Positions 37,301-52,100 of a stretch of 64,000 nucleotides of DNA are shown in pieces; position 1 is the stretch's first letter; each line of letters starts with the position of its first letter. A program made the position numbers and the translations under genes. The DNA lies in the NCBI GenBank assembly GCA_002245135.1, contig NGBS01000591.1:62001-126000 (forward strand). Reading direction: 5' to 3'. This DNA comes from Proteromonas lacertae (Eukaryota). The notes beneath the pieces are model-generated. The model was given only the letters and a program-made list of their open reading frames with translations. It was not told where the DNA came from and did not search any database.

Positions 37301-40300
37301 TAGTGTCATAATATTGAATTCTTCTAAACTTCTCAATATGTTTAGGATCATCAATATCTTCATACTTCTCATCTTTAATATTACCATGTTGTGGATATAA
37401 AGAGAAAGGTAGATTCTTTACCATATTCATTTCTATTAAATATATAATCTTCCCAAGTCAACATCTGGTGTTAATAATCTCTCATGTAAAGGTGTATGAT
37501 ATTTTCTCATTGTACCACCACTAGCATATCGTATAGCTAATAATCTACCTTCTTGAGACTTTGTACCATGGAATGCACTCATTATATAATTAGGATATCT
37601 TCCTCTTCTTGGTTCACCATTATCAAAGGCTTGGAAATCTCTTTTCTGCAGGCTTGTAGAGCAGATCCAACCCCTTGCCAATTCTTAGGAACGGGTGGTA
37701 ATGATTCTGTATAGTGTAACATACCAAATCTTCTTAGTATTAACTTCTGTGAGTAAGATAATTGATCTATAGGGAAATTACCTATTCTATTGATCATTTT
37801 GACAAATGAACTGAATCTATCCACTATTCTACTAGTATCAACTCCTTCATCATCTAATTTCTGTAGTTCTTCTGGTGATAAGAATGAAGATTGTGATTTA
37901 ATATCATTCAACATTTCATCTACTTGTCTGATTGGTTGTGTAATACCTTGTTGGTTATATTCATCAATAACTGATTTAATTAATGTGTTTTGCTTGACTA
38001 TTTCATCTTGTTGTTCTGGATGTTAATGATAATGATGATTGCTGTTGTGCTTGTACTAATTGATCTTTAGTTGGAGTTGTAATTACTGGTAGTTGTGTAT
38101 TATTTATTATTATTAACAGCATCTCCAGATTTTGTGATTATTTCCAAACATTCTGTTAATTGCTTCATTGTTTCATCTGTCTTTTCAGGATGTTCAAAAT
38201 TCATAAATGATAATAAATCACTTGGTCCACTATTGGAATCTAAAAATATCTTCTTAATATCAGGATGTTCTTCAAATATCTTTGATAAAGTATTCAAAGC
38301 TTGATTGAGGTTTGAGTAGTATTGATCATTCTCTTTATCAATACCTTCACTGATTGTTTTATTCACTCCTAATGGATCAGGATGTACTAAATCATTAATA
38401 ATAGTATCATTAAAAGTTGAAACATTATTATTATTATTATTATTATTATTATCAAAATTAACATCATATATACCATGTTGATGATATATATATTTACCAC
38501 CATTATTATACAACTTATCCTCTTTATCTAAACCAGTTAATCTTCGTTCTAATGTTCTAGCAACATTACTTTCAGCTTCTAGTTGTGGCGCATCATGTAA
38601 TAATGGAGGTCCTCTTCCTTCAAAAGCATTATTTAATTCTTCTTCTTTCAATGACCAATATAATTTCTTCTTTAAGATTCTTCGTGGTACATAATCCATA
38701 TAATCAGTAGTAGCTGATTCTATTACAGGATGTTCAGGATCTTTCTGTGTAAAATAGATTGAATCTTTAGTTAGTCTTAACTCTGTAGGTATTTCAGCAT
38801 TATCTAGTTTATGAATTTCATATAACTCTTTAGCTTCATCTTTAGTAATATAATTGCCATTCTCCAAGAAATCTACGAATGATAATGCTAATAATTTCTG
38901 TGCTTTTGTTAATGGTATTTCTTTTATCTTTGAATAATCATCTTGATTGGAAGATATCTCTTTAACTATCTTTTCAATCTCTTTGAAATCATTTTGAATG
39001 CTTCTTTTACACTCTTCTGGAGTAATATTGATGTTATAATCTAATGGATTTGAATCAATTAATGCTTTTAAAATAGCTGGTTGAGATTTCTTTATTTCTT
39101 TCACTTCTTTCATTATTGCATTATCTTCTTCATCTGGCCAATCATCTTTCGTCAATATTTCATAACAATTATCATCATACACCTTTCTGTCTTAATTCAT
39201 TTAATCTTTTTACTATTTCTTCTCTCTTATTTACTAACATCTCCTTTGATTTTTCTTTATCTTCTAGTAATGTTGTATGTTCATTCATAAATCGATTGTT
39301 ATTCTGTCGCATTGTATCATCAGTTGGATCTTCTGAGTCAACTATATCATTATTATCATCATTACCATTCACTATTACCTTGTTATTAGTATTACCTTTA
39401 TTATTAGAGTCTGAAGCTACAGCTTGATCTCCTTCTTCATTATCTATTATATCATCTTGAATATCATCCTCTTCTTCATTTACTACTACTCCTTTCTTAT
39501 TCTTGTTTGTAGAAGCTACTTTCTTAGTAATATCAGGTATTATTTCATCTATTTCATTTCCATCACCACTCTTTTTATCATTCATATTATCAATACTATC
39601 ATTACTATCAACTTCAACTTCAAAATATCCTTTAGGTGCTTCATAATTCATATATTTCTTCATATTCTCCTTCATCTGTTTATTCACTTTATCATATCCT
39701 TCTATCTTGATCTGCATTCTTCTAGCATCATCCATCTCATCACGATTCTTTAAATAATTCAATTTATTTACAGCCCAATGCACTCTATCTGACACTTTAG
39801 GAATTCCTTCAGTAAATTCCCTTCGCATATAATCAATAGCTGTTGGTAAAGTATCCATATGTATTGCATTATACACTGGTTTAGATGGATCTACTGGTTG
39901 TGAGAGTATTTCTTGTTGTTTATTTGGATCTGTATATATTTCAGGATGATCTGCTGGATCTAGATTGGTCAATACTTTGTTATTTATATCTTTACCTATT
40001 GTACGGTAATATGGTAATGTTTTTACAAAGTCTATTATTTCATTATAACCTTTTAAGATTGTATGTTTATTGTTATTATTATTATTATTAGTGGATAATG
40101 TAGCAATATATTCATCATATAATCTCTTTATAATTGGTAATATATCATTATTCTCATAGGTAGCTAATGATAAAAAGTTATATAAATATAATAATTCAGT
40201 TGAATTAGACACAATCTTTGTTAATCTACAGAACTTACATATTCCTTGAATATGAGTCAATATTAATGGATTATCTTCTTTCAATTCCCTTCTAAACTTC

Positions 40301-41188
40301 GAATAATCAATTCTAGATTCAGAACCAGGTGGATTAGCATATTCTGGGAATAATAACCTAAAGTTAAACTTCTTTAATAACTTTGTTTCTCTTATTACAC
40401 TTTCAGGTAAGTAATCTTTGTTTAATACTGGCATATGAAAATCATCTTCTACTAGATCTTGCTCATTAGGGAATTCCTCTGAATCTGTATGGTAATATTC
40501 CACTTTTTCTCTTTCATTACTCATCTCTTGGATTTCTTTAAATGGTCTTTCGTATTTTCGTAAGAATTCTATATCTTTTTCTGTTATTTTTTTCTCTAGT
40601 AATGCTAAGGCACGACATTCGATGATGTGATATAGTTTCCATGACACTTCTGCATCGTGACTAGCCAATCTCATTGCTACTGGTTTGGGTAGGTAGATTT
40701 TTGATAATTCTTTTTTGAAATAATGAGCAGCTAACCAGTTTTCTGTTCCACTTTTGAGAGGACTGTTTCCTGAGAGACGCTTATTGTACCATTTTGATCT
40801 TTTTCTTACCCATTCTTCGTCTAGCTTTCTTAAATCAGGATGACCGTTTCTTTGCAAAGCATAATATGCTGTTGAAGATTTCACATCAGATTTAGCAGAA
40901 GATATTGAATAATAGGATGTAACACCATTATATGCTAACATTCTGTTTGCATAGGTAAAAGGATCTTCTGAACGGGAATACCACATCTCAATCAATGAAG
41001 GTGGATAATATGATGCTATTTTTATGCCTTTTGGCCTGTTTCTTAGATATTTAGTACCACTTCTGCCTTGACCTGTTGGTAGGTTATCAAATATCCTGCG
41101 TCCCAATTCCTATTTGCATAAAGAATTATAAAATATCATACCTGTATTTCTCTAGGCGTTTTAACTCTCACACGACGCAATTTCATTC
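34316..41188 (-). CDS. mS33 (MRP-S33/Rsm27)-like N-terminus with a very long low-complexity extension, probably one gene broken by frameshifts
   Basis: Exon 1 MKLRRVRVKTPREIQ, then ELGRRIFDNLPTGQGRSGTKYLRNRPKGIKIASYYPP...KRLSGNSPLKSG. Successive same-strand ORFs (643, 360, 110, 81, 85 and 957 aa) abut or overlap. Confidence 0.55.
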
Positions 41189-41289
41189 TTAAGCCAAAAA
41201 CTATTTTTTAGGGGATTTTTTTCGTTCCCTGAATGATTTAGTTTTTGAAAATTTCCCAGTCCTTATAGAACAATAAGAAAAACTTAGCA

Positions 41290-43792
41290 ATGCAGCCTCT
41301 GACAATAGAAGAGATAACACGAATGGAAGATGAATTATACCATGATATAAACGAGTTTATGAAATTTCTAACAGGGACATCTTCGAAAAGTGTTACTGCT
41401 ACATCAAATAAATTAATAGCTGCTCATCAAAAATTATTAGCACAACAAGTTGCAATAACGGACAATCCTGTTGATGTTGCTAGTATGATAAATATAAATA
41501 ATATAAATAGAATTAACTGAAACGGCAGAGAATCTAGAAACAGAAATCGAAGCATCAGAAGTATTAGCTAGTAAATTAAATTCTGGTGTAAGGAAACTGA
41601 ATAATACATTAGTATTTAAAATCATATATAATTGTTGATAGACAAATACAGCATCAGCATTAAACCACGTTCAATCCCTAATTAAACTAAATGAATCAAT
41701 AGTGGGTGTTCAAAAGGCAATTCAAAATGAAGATTTCGCATCAGCAGCACGATATATGAATTGGTACTACGAAATAGGGGATAAACTACCAATTAGAGAT
41801 GAAGATAAAAAAACAATGAAAAATGCAGAAGTTGAATTATTGCAAATTATGGAGTCTAAACTGGAAGAATCAATACAGAAGCATCATACTGAGGATGTAT
41901 TAACCTATTCAGTATTATTTGAAACCTATGGCAGAGGTAAAGAAGGTTTAGTTCGATTTATTAATTATATAACATCAGAATTTAGTAGTCAATGTAAAGG
42001 ATTTGTATATTTTTTTTTTACATTCTTATTATTATTTATATAGGTTGATGAATTAGCCTTGACAATACAAAAGGATTCTTCTACATCGTTATATTGGGAT
42101 CAACTATCAACAATATTACAAATGTGTTCTGATAATTTATTACAATATATTTCAATAAAAGATAAATTCAAATCAGTATCAGATGCATATCCTCAATTAA
42201 TGAAGAATATTTATTTAATATGTGATAAATATATATCTATCATATTAGATTATTATATTAAAGGAAAGAACTTAGCTACAATATTGAATCATTTGAAGAA
42301 TAACATGACTGAAAAGAAATGTATAGTTTTTATTCACTTATTATTAAAATAGATTTAACAATTCATACCAATGAAGATATTACAAGAATAACTGATGAAA
42401 TTGCCTTGTTATCTCAGCATATTGAGAATTATCACAGATATATGGTAGCTGAAGAAGATCAATATTGTAATTTAATAAATGAACAAATCCAACAACAACA
42501 ACAACAAAACAATAGCCAATCAAATAGTGTTCAATCTACACCAATCAAAACCATTACTAAATCAATCAGCTAAACAGACGTCTAGTTATTTACCAATTGA
42601 TACTCCTGGTAATAAGAAATTAATAGAATTATTACACCATTATGTATTTCTAGAAGATGTTATTATCACAAGGGGAATAGTAAAAGCAAATGAAATTGAT
42701 TCATTGGATAAAGAATATAAAATCACCTCATTTGTAGACAATATTTTCTATATAATCCAATGTTCAGTATTAAAAGCAATTAATCAAGGTAATATTCAAT
42801 GTTTTAAGGATATAATGACTGTTGTAATTGAATCATTTCACACACGATATATATAATATAATGAGTGATAGAATATCTCAAATATTAGATAATAGAAGAG
42901 TAACTTTGAATTTAGATTATGCTCCAATTGTGATTGAAGTTACATTGAAATCATTACCTGTTACATTGAACGATATTGAGATGATATTGAAGAATATAAG
43001 AAAGTTTATTAAGAGAATAGAAGATGAGTCAAATGGTGTATATGATAATGATGAAGATAATAAAGAATGTGAAGAGTATTGCGGCAAATTGGGAAACTTG
43101 GAGGAATTATATCAGAAACTATTAGATAAAGGATTTCAAGATATCATTTTTTTTATTGTTTTTATTATATATTATTATATATTCCTTAATATATTGTAAG
43201 ATTATTACATTCAATTGAATCAAAGTTAAAATCTTCATTAGATTCAACATTGAATAATTGTTCATTTACACCAGAGTATTGATTCAGATTAATATTTTAT
43301 AAATATATAGTGATATGCAATATCAAAAGTATTTAAATTCCTCTCCTATACAAGAATTCATCAACACAATTGGTCCAGAAATGTTATTATATATGAATTC
43401 ATTATCACAATCAAACTTCCACTTTTTCCTTCCACTTCTAATATCATATATGTCTTCAACAATAGAAAATATAATAATGAAAAAGAAATTCAACCATTTA
43501 GGAGGATTATTTATTGATAAAGAGATTAGATCTTTAGTTTCTTATTTTACTTCTATTTCTTCACCTATTATTAGATCCAGTTTCTCCAGAATTACACAAA
43601 TCATTTCATTTTTATCTATTGAAAGAGTATATATTATATTTATTATCTAAATAGCTTGATGAGGCTGTTGATATTTGGAAAGAAGGTCATTCTACTGTGT
43701 CATGGAAATTATCAGATAGTTATATCCACAAAATATTATTACTTAGAAATGATTTTGATCCAAAGAAAGTTGATTCACTACATTTCAATTAG
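41290..43792 (+). CDS. COG4: Conserved oligomeric Golgi complex subunit 4
   Basis: GVQKAIQNEDFASAARY; TSFVDNIFYIIQ; KKFNHLGGLFIDKEIRSLVSYF...RSSFSRITQI. Multi-exon, with one apparent frameshift near 42570. Confidence 0.85.
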
Positions 43793-43902
43793 ATTTAAAT
43801 TTATTATTAAAAATAATATACATAAAAAACAATATTATGTGTTTTTGATGTAATATCAAAGAAATACAAAATTCCATATTCAAAAAAAAGCAATGATGAT
43901 AA

Positions 43903-45547
43903 TTATAAGTATTTCTTTCCACATTTACTCACTTCATCACATTTGCAATCACTTGGACAACTTGTAACACCTCTTGCATTTAATTTCTCATTTTGATACT
44001 TTATATTCTCTTTGAATTCTTCACTATATTCATCATATGATTGATCAAATCTCCAGAATGAACCAGCAGCAGTGATTGATCTTGGGTAAATGATTGACAA
44101 TATTGACTCATCAAATGCTTTATCATTTTTTCTATCATATAGCTCATGTCCAACTGGTTCCCGTCCAGAAGCAGCACCACATTGATTTTTATATAAGAAA
44201 CTATCAGTCCACATCGACACTTCACCACCAAAGAATCTACCATTTTCATTTCTTCTTAAACTTGGTGATTTTTCAAATCCCTTTATATTTAACCAGAAAT
44301 TGTTATAATCAGTATGATCTAAATAGAATTTAGCTTCACGACTTTCAATAGCATCATATCCTTCACGGTTTATCTAAACAAAAATAATGAAAAATAATAC
44401 TTTTGTTGCTTGATGATTTTTCCATCCATTTATTACACAATATGGTTTAGCTGATTTTGTGCCATATAATATCTCTTCCCAACCTACTGGTCTTTTACCT
44501 TTTGAATGTAAAAATTCAAATACTTGTTCTTCTAATCTCTTAAAACTGTCAGAATCACATCTTCCTTTTACATTAACTTCATCTGCTCCAATATGGAAAT
44601 ATGGTTCAGGGAATATATCAACGAGTTCTTGTAAGTAATTGGTTAAAATATTTAATGTTTTATTCTATACAATATTAATATAATTAATATACTTCTGGAT
44701 CAGCATACATTTGAACATTATCATTATTGCAGAATTGCATTCCTACTTCACTCAATGCTGAAAATCCTAAACTATGTCCAGGTATATCAACTTCAGGAAT
44801 AATTCTAACACATCTCTCTTTAGCATATTCTATTATCTCTTTTACTGTTGAATGATTGTATGATCCTTCATGCATTCCTGTTAATTTACTGGTTAGAATT
44901 GGATATGTTTCAGATTCAAATGAAGCTCGACAATAATCAGTCAGATGCCAATGTAATACATTCAATTTTGAGTATAACATACCATCAATTGTCTTTTTAA
45001 TTGTTTCTACAGGCCAATATCTTCTACCAGTGTCTATCATTACTCCACGATGTAAATATTCACTTTCATCATACACTTCTATTGAACTACCAACTAAACT
45101 ACCATTTCTGGCTAATTGTGAGAAAGATTCAATTCCATATATTGCACCAAATGGTGTACTACTATGAATTACCGCTTCTTTACTGTTTATTCTGATTGTA
45201 TAGTTGGTTAATGTGAATTCATTCAAATCTTGAGAATCATTATCACAGATTACATTGACTGATGATAAACCATTTGAGTATTTTCCTTGTTGAATGAATT
45301 TAGAATATCTCTCAATTGTATTTTTTATGTACTGTGATTTTGAGCTTGTAGTAATTTTAAAATCAGACTAAAATAAATATTTATTACAAAAAATATATAC
45401 AGATAAAGCTAATGGTTCACCTTCGATAATTTGTTGAGAAGGTAAAGGCCAGATAACTAAACCACCCAAAGCATTAGGTCTACATAATTATATTTAAATT
45501 TAATACACAACAAGTGCCATAATTAAAGCAATACAATAAAAATTCAT
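43903..45547 (-). CDS. Beta-N-acetylhexosaminidase (GH20)
   Basis: HRGVMIDTGRRY, KLNVLHWHLTD, IIPEVDIPGH and YFHIGADEV; N-terminal signal peptide. Confidence 0.92.
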
Positions 45548-45665
45548 CTTTAATTAAAATAGATTTACGAAACGAATATATTATTTGTAATTGTGTTTCT
45601 GCATTATTGAATCTTAATAAAAATACCAAAAAACATATCATCACTATATAATGTTATATATATAT

Positions 45666-46830
45666 TTATAACTTATTATTATTTAGCTTATTCCTATTTT
45701 TAAAATAATTAGTTAAAAAGAACTCTCCTGCTTTATAACTTGACCTAACTAAAGGTCCACTAGCAACAAACACAAATCCCATCTCTTCTCCCAACTTCCT
45801 CCATTCTTCAAATTTCTCAGGTTTCACATACCTACTAACAGGTATATGTTGTTTAGATGGTCTTAAATACTGTCCAAATGTACAAATATCCACTTTATTC
45901 TCCAATAAATCTTTCATACATTGAATTACTTCATCATCGTTTTCTCCTACACCTAACATAATTGATGACTTGGTAATTACATTGGGATTATATAATTTAG
46001 CTTTTCTTAATACTTCTAGTGATTGTCTATAAGAAGCTCTTCTATCTCTCACACGAGGAGTAACTCTTTCAACACACTCTATATTATGAGCAAATACATC
46101 CAATCCACAATTCGCTACATTCTTAATAAAGTCATCTTTACCTTGAAAATCGGGGGTTAAACATTCTATCAAAATTTTCGGTGCTTTTTGTTTCAATAGT
46201 TTTACTGTTTTAATAATATGATTACTTCCTAAATCCTCTAAATCATCTCTATCTACTGATGTTAAAACAACATAATTCAATCCCCAGTCTGCTATTGCTT
46301 GAGATACATTCTCTGGTTCATCTTCATTCAAAGGAGGTGGATGTCTTGATGTTTTTACAGCACAAAACCTACATCCTCTTGTACAAGTGTCTCCCATTAA
46401 CATGATTGTTGCTGTGGCTGTACCTTCTTTACCACCCCAACATTCACCAATGTTTGGACAATGGGCTTCTTGACATACTGTTGATAAATGAAGATCTTTG
46501 ACTGTACTTTTCAAATGATCATATTTTTCACCTTGTGGCATTTCTGCTCGAATCCATTCTGGTTTCGATTCAAATTTTGGTTTTCTCTTTGTTGTTGACG
46601 AAGTTGTTGTGCCTTTTATAAAATCATTCAAATTTGGTCCATCTTTCAGTTCATTCTATTCGTAATTAGCATTACTATGACAATACTTTTAATTTTTCTA
46701 CTCTGGAAGCAGTATTTGAGTTGATTGTATCACTAGACACAAAGCATCTATTGAAATGAATATTTCCTATTTATGTAAACGCATTTATAGTAATACTTAA
46801 TCTTAAATTGCGGCCAATCACACGAAACAT
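45666..46830 (-). CDS. LIAS: Lipoyl synthase, mitochondrial (radical SAM)
   Basis: CQEAHCPNIGEC, CTRGCRFC and GPLVRSSYKAGE; two short 5' exons. Confidence 0.95.
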
Positions 46831-46989
46831 AAAAAAAGATTTCTAAAATTGGTGTGTGAAAATTCTCAAACCCCAATTTCAATTTCTATTAATTTTGCTT
46901 TTATTATGGTTTTGAGAAAGTATTTTGAAGAAAAAATATAAAGAAAACATGTTTAATAGAATAATAGAATTAAAAAAAATTGTATTCCA

Positions 46990-48009
46990 CTATTCAGCCT
47001 TAGATTTTGATGATTTCTTTGGACTTCCTGCTTTACCAGTTGGATTTACTAAAGTCTCACTTAACCAATCTTCTGGCTTAGATTGGTCAGATGTCTTTTT
47101 ACTCTTTGAATGTCCTTTCTTATTTCCAAATATTAAATATATAATACCACCAATAATTACAAATAGTAAAACAAATGAGGAAATTCTATATATATATATA
47201 TTAATAAATATATATATATACGTTTGGAAGTCATAGTTAGATCTTTCTTCATATAATCTGATTGTTTGGTTGAAGAATGTTGAAGCATATTCATCAGTAA
47301 CAGTTTCATAAAATACAGATAAAGCTAAAGTATAGTCAGTTGGTTCAAGATCAATGTATGTCATAAATCGATAAGCTAAAGTAATCTCAGAATAAGGCGG
47401 TAATGTTGTATTGAAGTCTCTCTTGGTGAAATTTTGAACATAATGATCAAATTGCATTGGATTGTTTAATGATCCCATAGCGAAACTTAAGTTAAGTTCT
47501 TCTGGTCCATTATTGACAAATCCGACAAGAACAGCAATTGGTTTACCAATTGGGAAATCTATTGTTAATAAATAAAAACTATTATACCATTGCCATGAAT
47601 ATCAGGGAATAAAACTGTGGTTGTAACATCAGGAGATGGTTCAGGTATATCCGTTAATGGGTGAGGTCTTTGAATAAATTCACGTGGAATAGCATCTTCT
47701 TCTTGAACTGGTGGTTCTTCATTCACTTCTTCACTAATATCTACGGTATCGTCAAGGGGATCATCTTGTACTTCATCATCTTGTGCTCTTACAGGAACTA
47801 TAATATATAATGCAATGTCCAATGATAATATAATTTTTCAGATAATTTATATCATTATATAAATAATTCTCCAATCAATAGAGTATAAATGGATAGTATA
47901 TAGGATTTTATCAGTTATATAGATAGTAAAATGGTAACATACTTGCACAAAATGAAAAAAGTAGTAATCCAGCAAAGAGAAAAGCTAGGGCTGTTCTTGT
48001 TTCTTTCAT
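46990..48009 (-). CDS. SSR1: Translocon-associated protein alpha
   Basis: Signal peptide, acidic segment, PSPDVTT, GSLNNP..YVQNFT, FFNQTI, a TM segment and a basic tail. Confidence 0.85.
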
Positions 48010-48119
48010 GAAAAATATTGATGTTAACGTTCAGTTAGGAACTTTTTTTGATTATCAAGAATAGTGGGTCATCCAAAATTTTTGAATCTTCAAAATACCA
48101 AATTTTACTTCAACAAATA

Positions 48120-49018
48120 ATGTCACTTACAGAAGGTAAACTAGTTAATATAATAGCTAATGATACAAACAAACTTGAAAAGATCATGATAAAAAACGAT
48201 TTTCCTTTTATAGCCTTCACCAGAGTATTTTTAAGAAAATGTCTGCAGGATGTATGAATAAAAACATTTATCATAGATTTTACCACTTCACAAAGATAAA
48301 TCATATAAATTAATATATATTTATACAGTATGAGAATTGTTCTTACTCTATTTTAGAGAAATCGTTTAGAAGAACTAGTTGATAGTGTCGATGATATATC
48401 AAATTTTGAAATTATTAATGCAACAGATCAAATTGTTATTAATTATCCAAATCAACAAATATGTAATCTGAGTCTAACATCGATTTATGAAACACTCAAA
48501 TCATGCCTTGAAGTTAATCAACAAAAAGCTGTTATTATCTTTGATACTCTTGATACATTGTGTATTAAACAGTCATTGTCAGAGTTTGTTGATATGAATG
48601 TTTATTTTTCTGAATACCCTCAAAATCTTCGTGTTATTTATCCATTTACATTGTCAATTACATCTCCTTTTTTAGTGTCATTTTTAGATGTATATATATT
48701 TTTTCTTTTATTTTTGTATAGAATTTATCTACTTCAATTGTATCATTTTCACAGATTAGTAACACTTTCAATATCAATTTATTAACCAAATTCAAAAGTG
48801 GAAATGTAAGTGAATATACTTCTCAATGTGAAATAAAGAACAATATGTTAATTCTTATTTCTGATTCTACTAGTTTAGTGGATAAAACAAAGGAAACCAT
48901 CGATTCTATTAATAGTAATGATATAGAATCTAATACTGCTGTCCTTGGTGTAGGAAAAGATATGGAAGATGAAGATGACGATGATTTTGAAGATAATGAT
49001 GACGATATCGATATATAA
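48120..49018 (+). CDS. Hypothetical protein, possibly Elongator subunit 5-like
   Basis: Multi-exon; VIIFDTLDTL (RecA-like strand) and an acidic C-terminus DDDDFEDNDDDIDI*, reminiscent of ELP5. Confidence 0.45.
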
Positions 49019-49115
49019 CGACTTTTGTATTTGTTTTTAAATAAGTATAAGTTATATTATGTTATGAAATATTCCTCTAACAATAAAAAAATACAAAATA
49101 TTATGAAAAAAAGAA

Positions 49116-52100
49116 TCACTCATGTGATTCACTATTTATTTCACTATTATAGTAATGAATCATACCTTCTAAAATATCTGTCATAGTTTTTACTATATAA
49201 TAATATATATTAGTTAATTATACAATTTAAATGATCTCTAGAAATCTTTTTCAATAATTTACATGATAATATTTCAGGTAATACATCATCTTCATCTGGT
49301 AACACAGCTCCTGGGCTATAATAAATCTCAATCGGATATCTATCAGGATCATCTAACGTATAAGAACCATTTTCAAATCTATTAAGCAATAAATAATTCT
49401 TATTATACAATTTTATGACTATATGAGTTAAATAATCATTTTCAGTACATTCACTCAAATATTCCTTTCCTTCTTCACTCAGTATACTGTCCATACAATT
49501 CAAATCACAATATCTCAATGAATTGATTAATCCATGAATATGAGATTCACTGGTGAAATATAATCTAGTTCTTAATTTCTTTTGATTGTATTCTTCTCCA
49601 CCCATTTCTTCTTTATTTATATATTGTCTATCTAATGAATATGTTTGCTCCTGTGTCATTCCATTCAATAGAGTTGGATTGATCTCTGAATTAATAGCAC
49701 TTTGTAAATCTAAAGCGATTTTTTGAAGTAGAAAATGACATATTTTTATTCCACAATCCATTTTTTCTCTAGGTGTAATACCATATTCTTCTGGAATAAT
49801 TATATCTGCCATTTGTTTGGATACATTAAATAATGATTTGATCTCTGAAGACACAGGCAATTCTTTGTTATGAATTAAATCAAATTTTGCACAATCATAA
49901 ATATCAGGTATTTTTGATAAATCAAATTTACTCTTCTTTTGGTTATATAAATCATTTTCTAACTTCTTCCATCTTCTTCTAATTAGAATAATACCTTCAT
50001 TATCATAAAAACGATTTCCACCAACTATTCAATAAAATAATAATAATATATTGTACCTTTTGCATTTGTTAATTCTTCTGCAATATTACTCACATAATGA
50101 TATCTATAAAATGATTATTAGATAATTTAAAACTAATAAATAATAAATATATACATTGATGTTAAAGCTTGTCTTGGATTATTAATCTTTTTCAAAGCAT
50201 TAATAAAACTCTTAGACATTGTAGGAGCAATCTGTTTTATATCATCATCAGTCAAAAATATGTCTCTATCCAACAACACATGTAACTTCTTCTTTATATC
50301 ACTCAATAATTCTGTAGCAGCAGTTGTATCATCTAACATTATATTAGATTGAACATGGCATCTTACTAAACTAACCATAATTGGAGTTAAATGTTCACTT
50401 TCTAAATTCAAAAATCCTTTTGCAAATGCAGCAGCTGTTGTTCCTAACTCTTCCTTCTTCACTGGAATATATCTTCAAATCATGACGATAACTACTGTGT
50501 AATCTTAATAATCCCATTCCTTCATCTCCTTCTATACCTTGATACATTGTTAATCTGAAGTTTTCTCCTAATGTTTCTGCTTGTGCTCTTCCTGCTGTTG
50601 TTAATACACCTCCCCATTTCACTATTAATTGTGCTTCTATTACTCTTTCTTGGATCTGATTGTCCCAACTGTGAGATGAACTAGTTGTCTCTATTACACC
50701 TTTTTCCATTTGGTAATACTGTTTTCTTTTTAGGTTCTGAAGTTCTAATACATTCGTTGTATGAACATCTTCTACAAGATTTCTCTAATATAATAATAAC
50801 GTTTATATACTCTTTCAATGTTAGCTCTATATCTTTCTAATTCTTCTTCTCCTTCTCTTATTCCTGAAACTGTGCTTGTTGATTTCTCAACTGCTACAGG
50901 ACTTTCTACATCTTCAGCTGCTATTTCTTCTTCTCCAACAATATCTTCTTGTAATAAGAAGTTAATTTCTCTTGTATCAACTCCATCACTAATAAAAACA
51001 ATAAAATAAACATAAATACTCTGTTTTATCACTCATTGAACTAGAAATTCTTCTTACTTGAGGTAACTATTATTATAAATGTAAATAATAATATTATATA
51101 ATACTTCCGTATTATGAACTACATGTGGAGATGAAATAGGAGTATCAAACTTCAATGGTTTTAATTGTACTTTTCTATTAAAACCTTTAATACCACTTCC
51201 TGATTCTAATACTTGTTTCATTTGTTGTAGTGCTTTTATTGTAGCTATTGTTTTATCATCATTTTTCTTTTCACTTATCATTTTAGATAACACTTTTCTA
51301 GTTACAACCAGTAATTCTTCCAACTGATGAGTTGCTTTTAATACAACTTCTTTATGAATATCATCTCCATATTTGTATATAAATTCTAATATTTCTGGTA
51401 TTTGAATTGCTATTTTTAACTTCTGTTTTGGTGTTCTATCTCCATGTCTACATACTGCAACTACACATCTTAACGTGTTTTTATTCTCATAAGGATTATA
51501 AGCAACACTATTTCTACGTCTATGAGCATTATTTGGAGTATATAAATAATCAGAAGTCTATAATAATAATAAAAATAAAGTATTTATATATATACTTTTA
51601 ATCTATGTGGTGCTAATGCATTCAATATCAACATCTTCAACAAATGACAAGTATCATCAAAATATCTCAAACTACTCTTCACAAAACTTGTTCCATTTAC
51701 ATCACATACATATGATTTGTTATTCACTCTCAACATATCAAATCCTAATATCTTTTGGCAAAAGGTTTGACTAACTTTCCTTGCTATTTCTTTTTCTTCA
51801 GCATTTAGTAGGATAGGAAATCTGATTTCTTTACCTGTACTATCTCTTTGTACTTTACCATCTAGTGTCTAAACATACAATAAATAAGAAAAACTTATAC
51901 TGGACTTTTCCTTGCTTCTGCATGTGCATAATCCAAACCAACAGTATATACTTTAATATCTGTACCATCAGTAGCTAAAAATTGTTCATAAATATAACTT
52001 CCATCTTTTCTAACTTCATTCACAGATGGATCAAATTTACTAGATTCATTACCAATCTTTCTGAACAGTTTCTTGCATCCTCCACCTGCATTTCTTGGGT

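Noticed and set aside
30063..40091. Many short plus-strand ORFs rich in F/L/I/S/Y antisense to long minus-strand genes
   Set aside because: Shadow ORFs of K/E/N-rich coding sequence.
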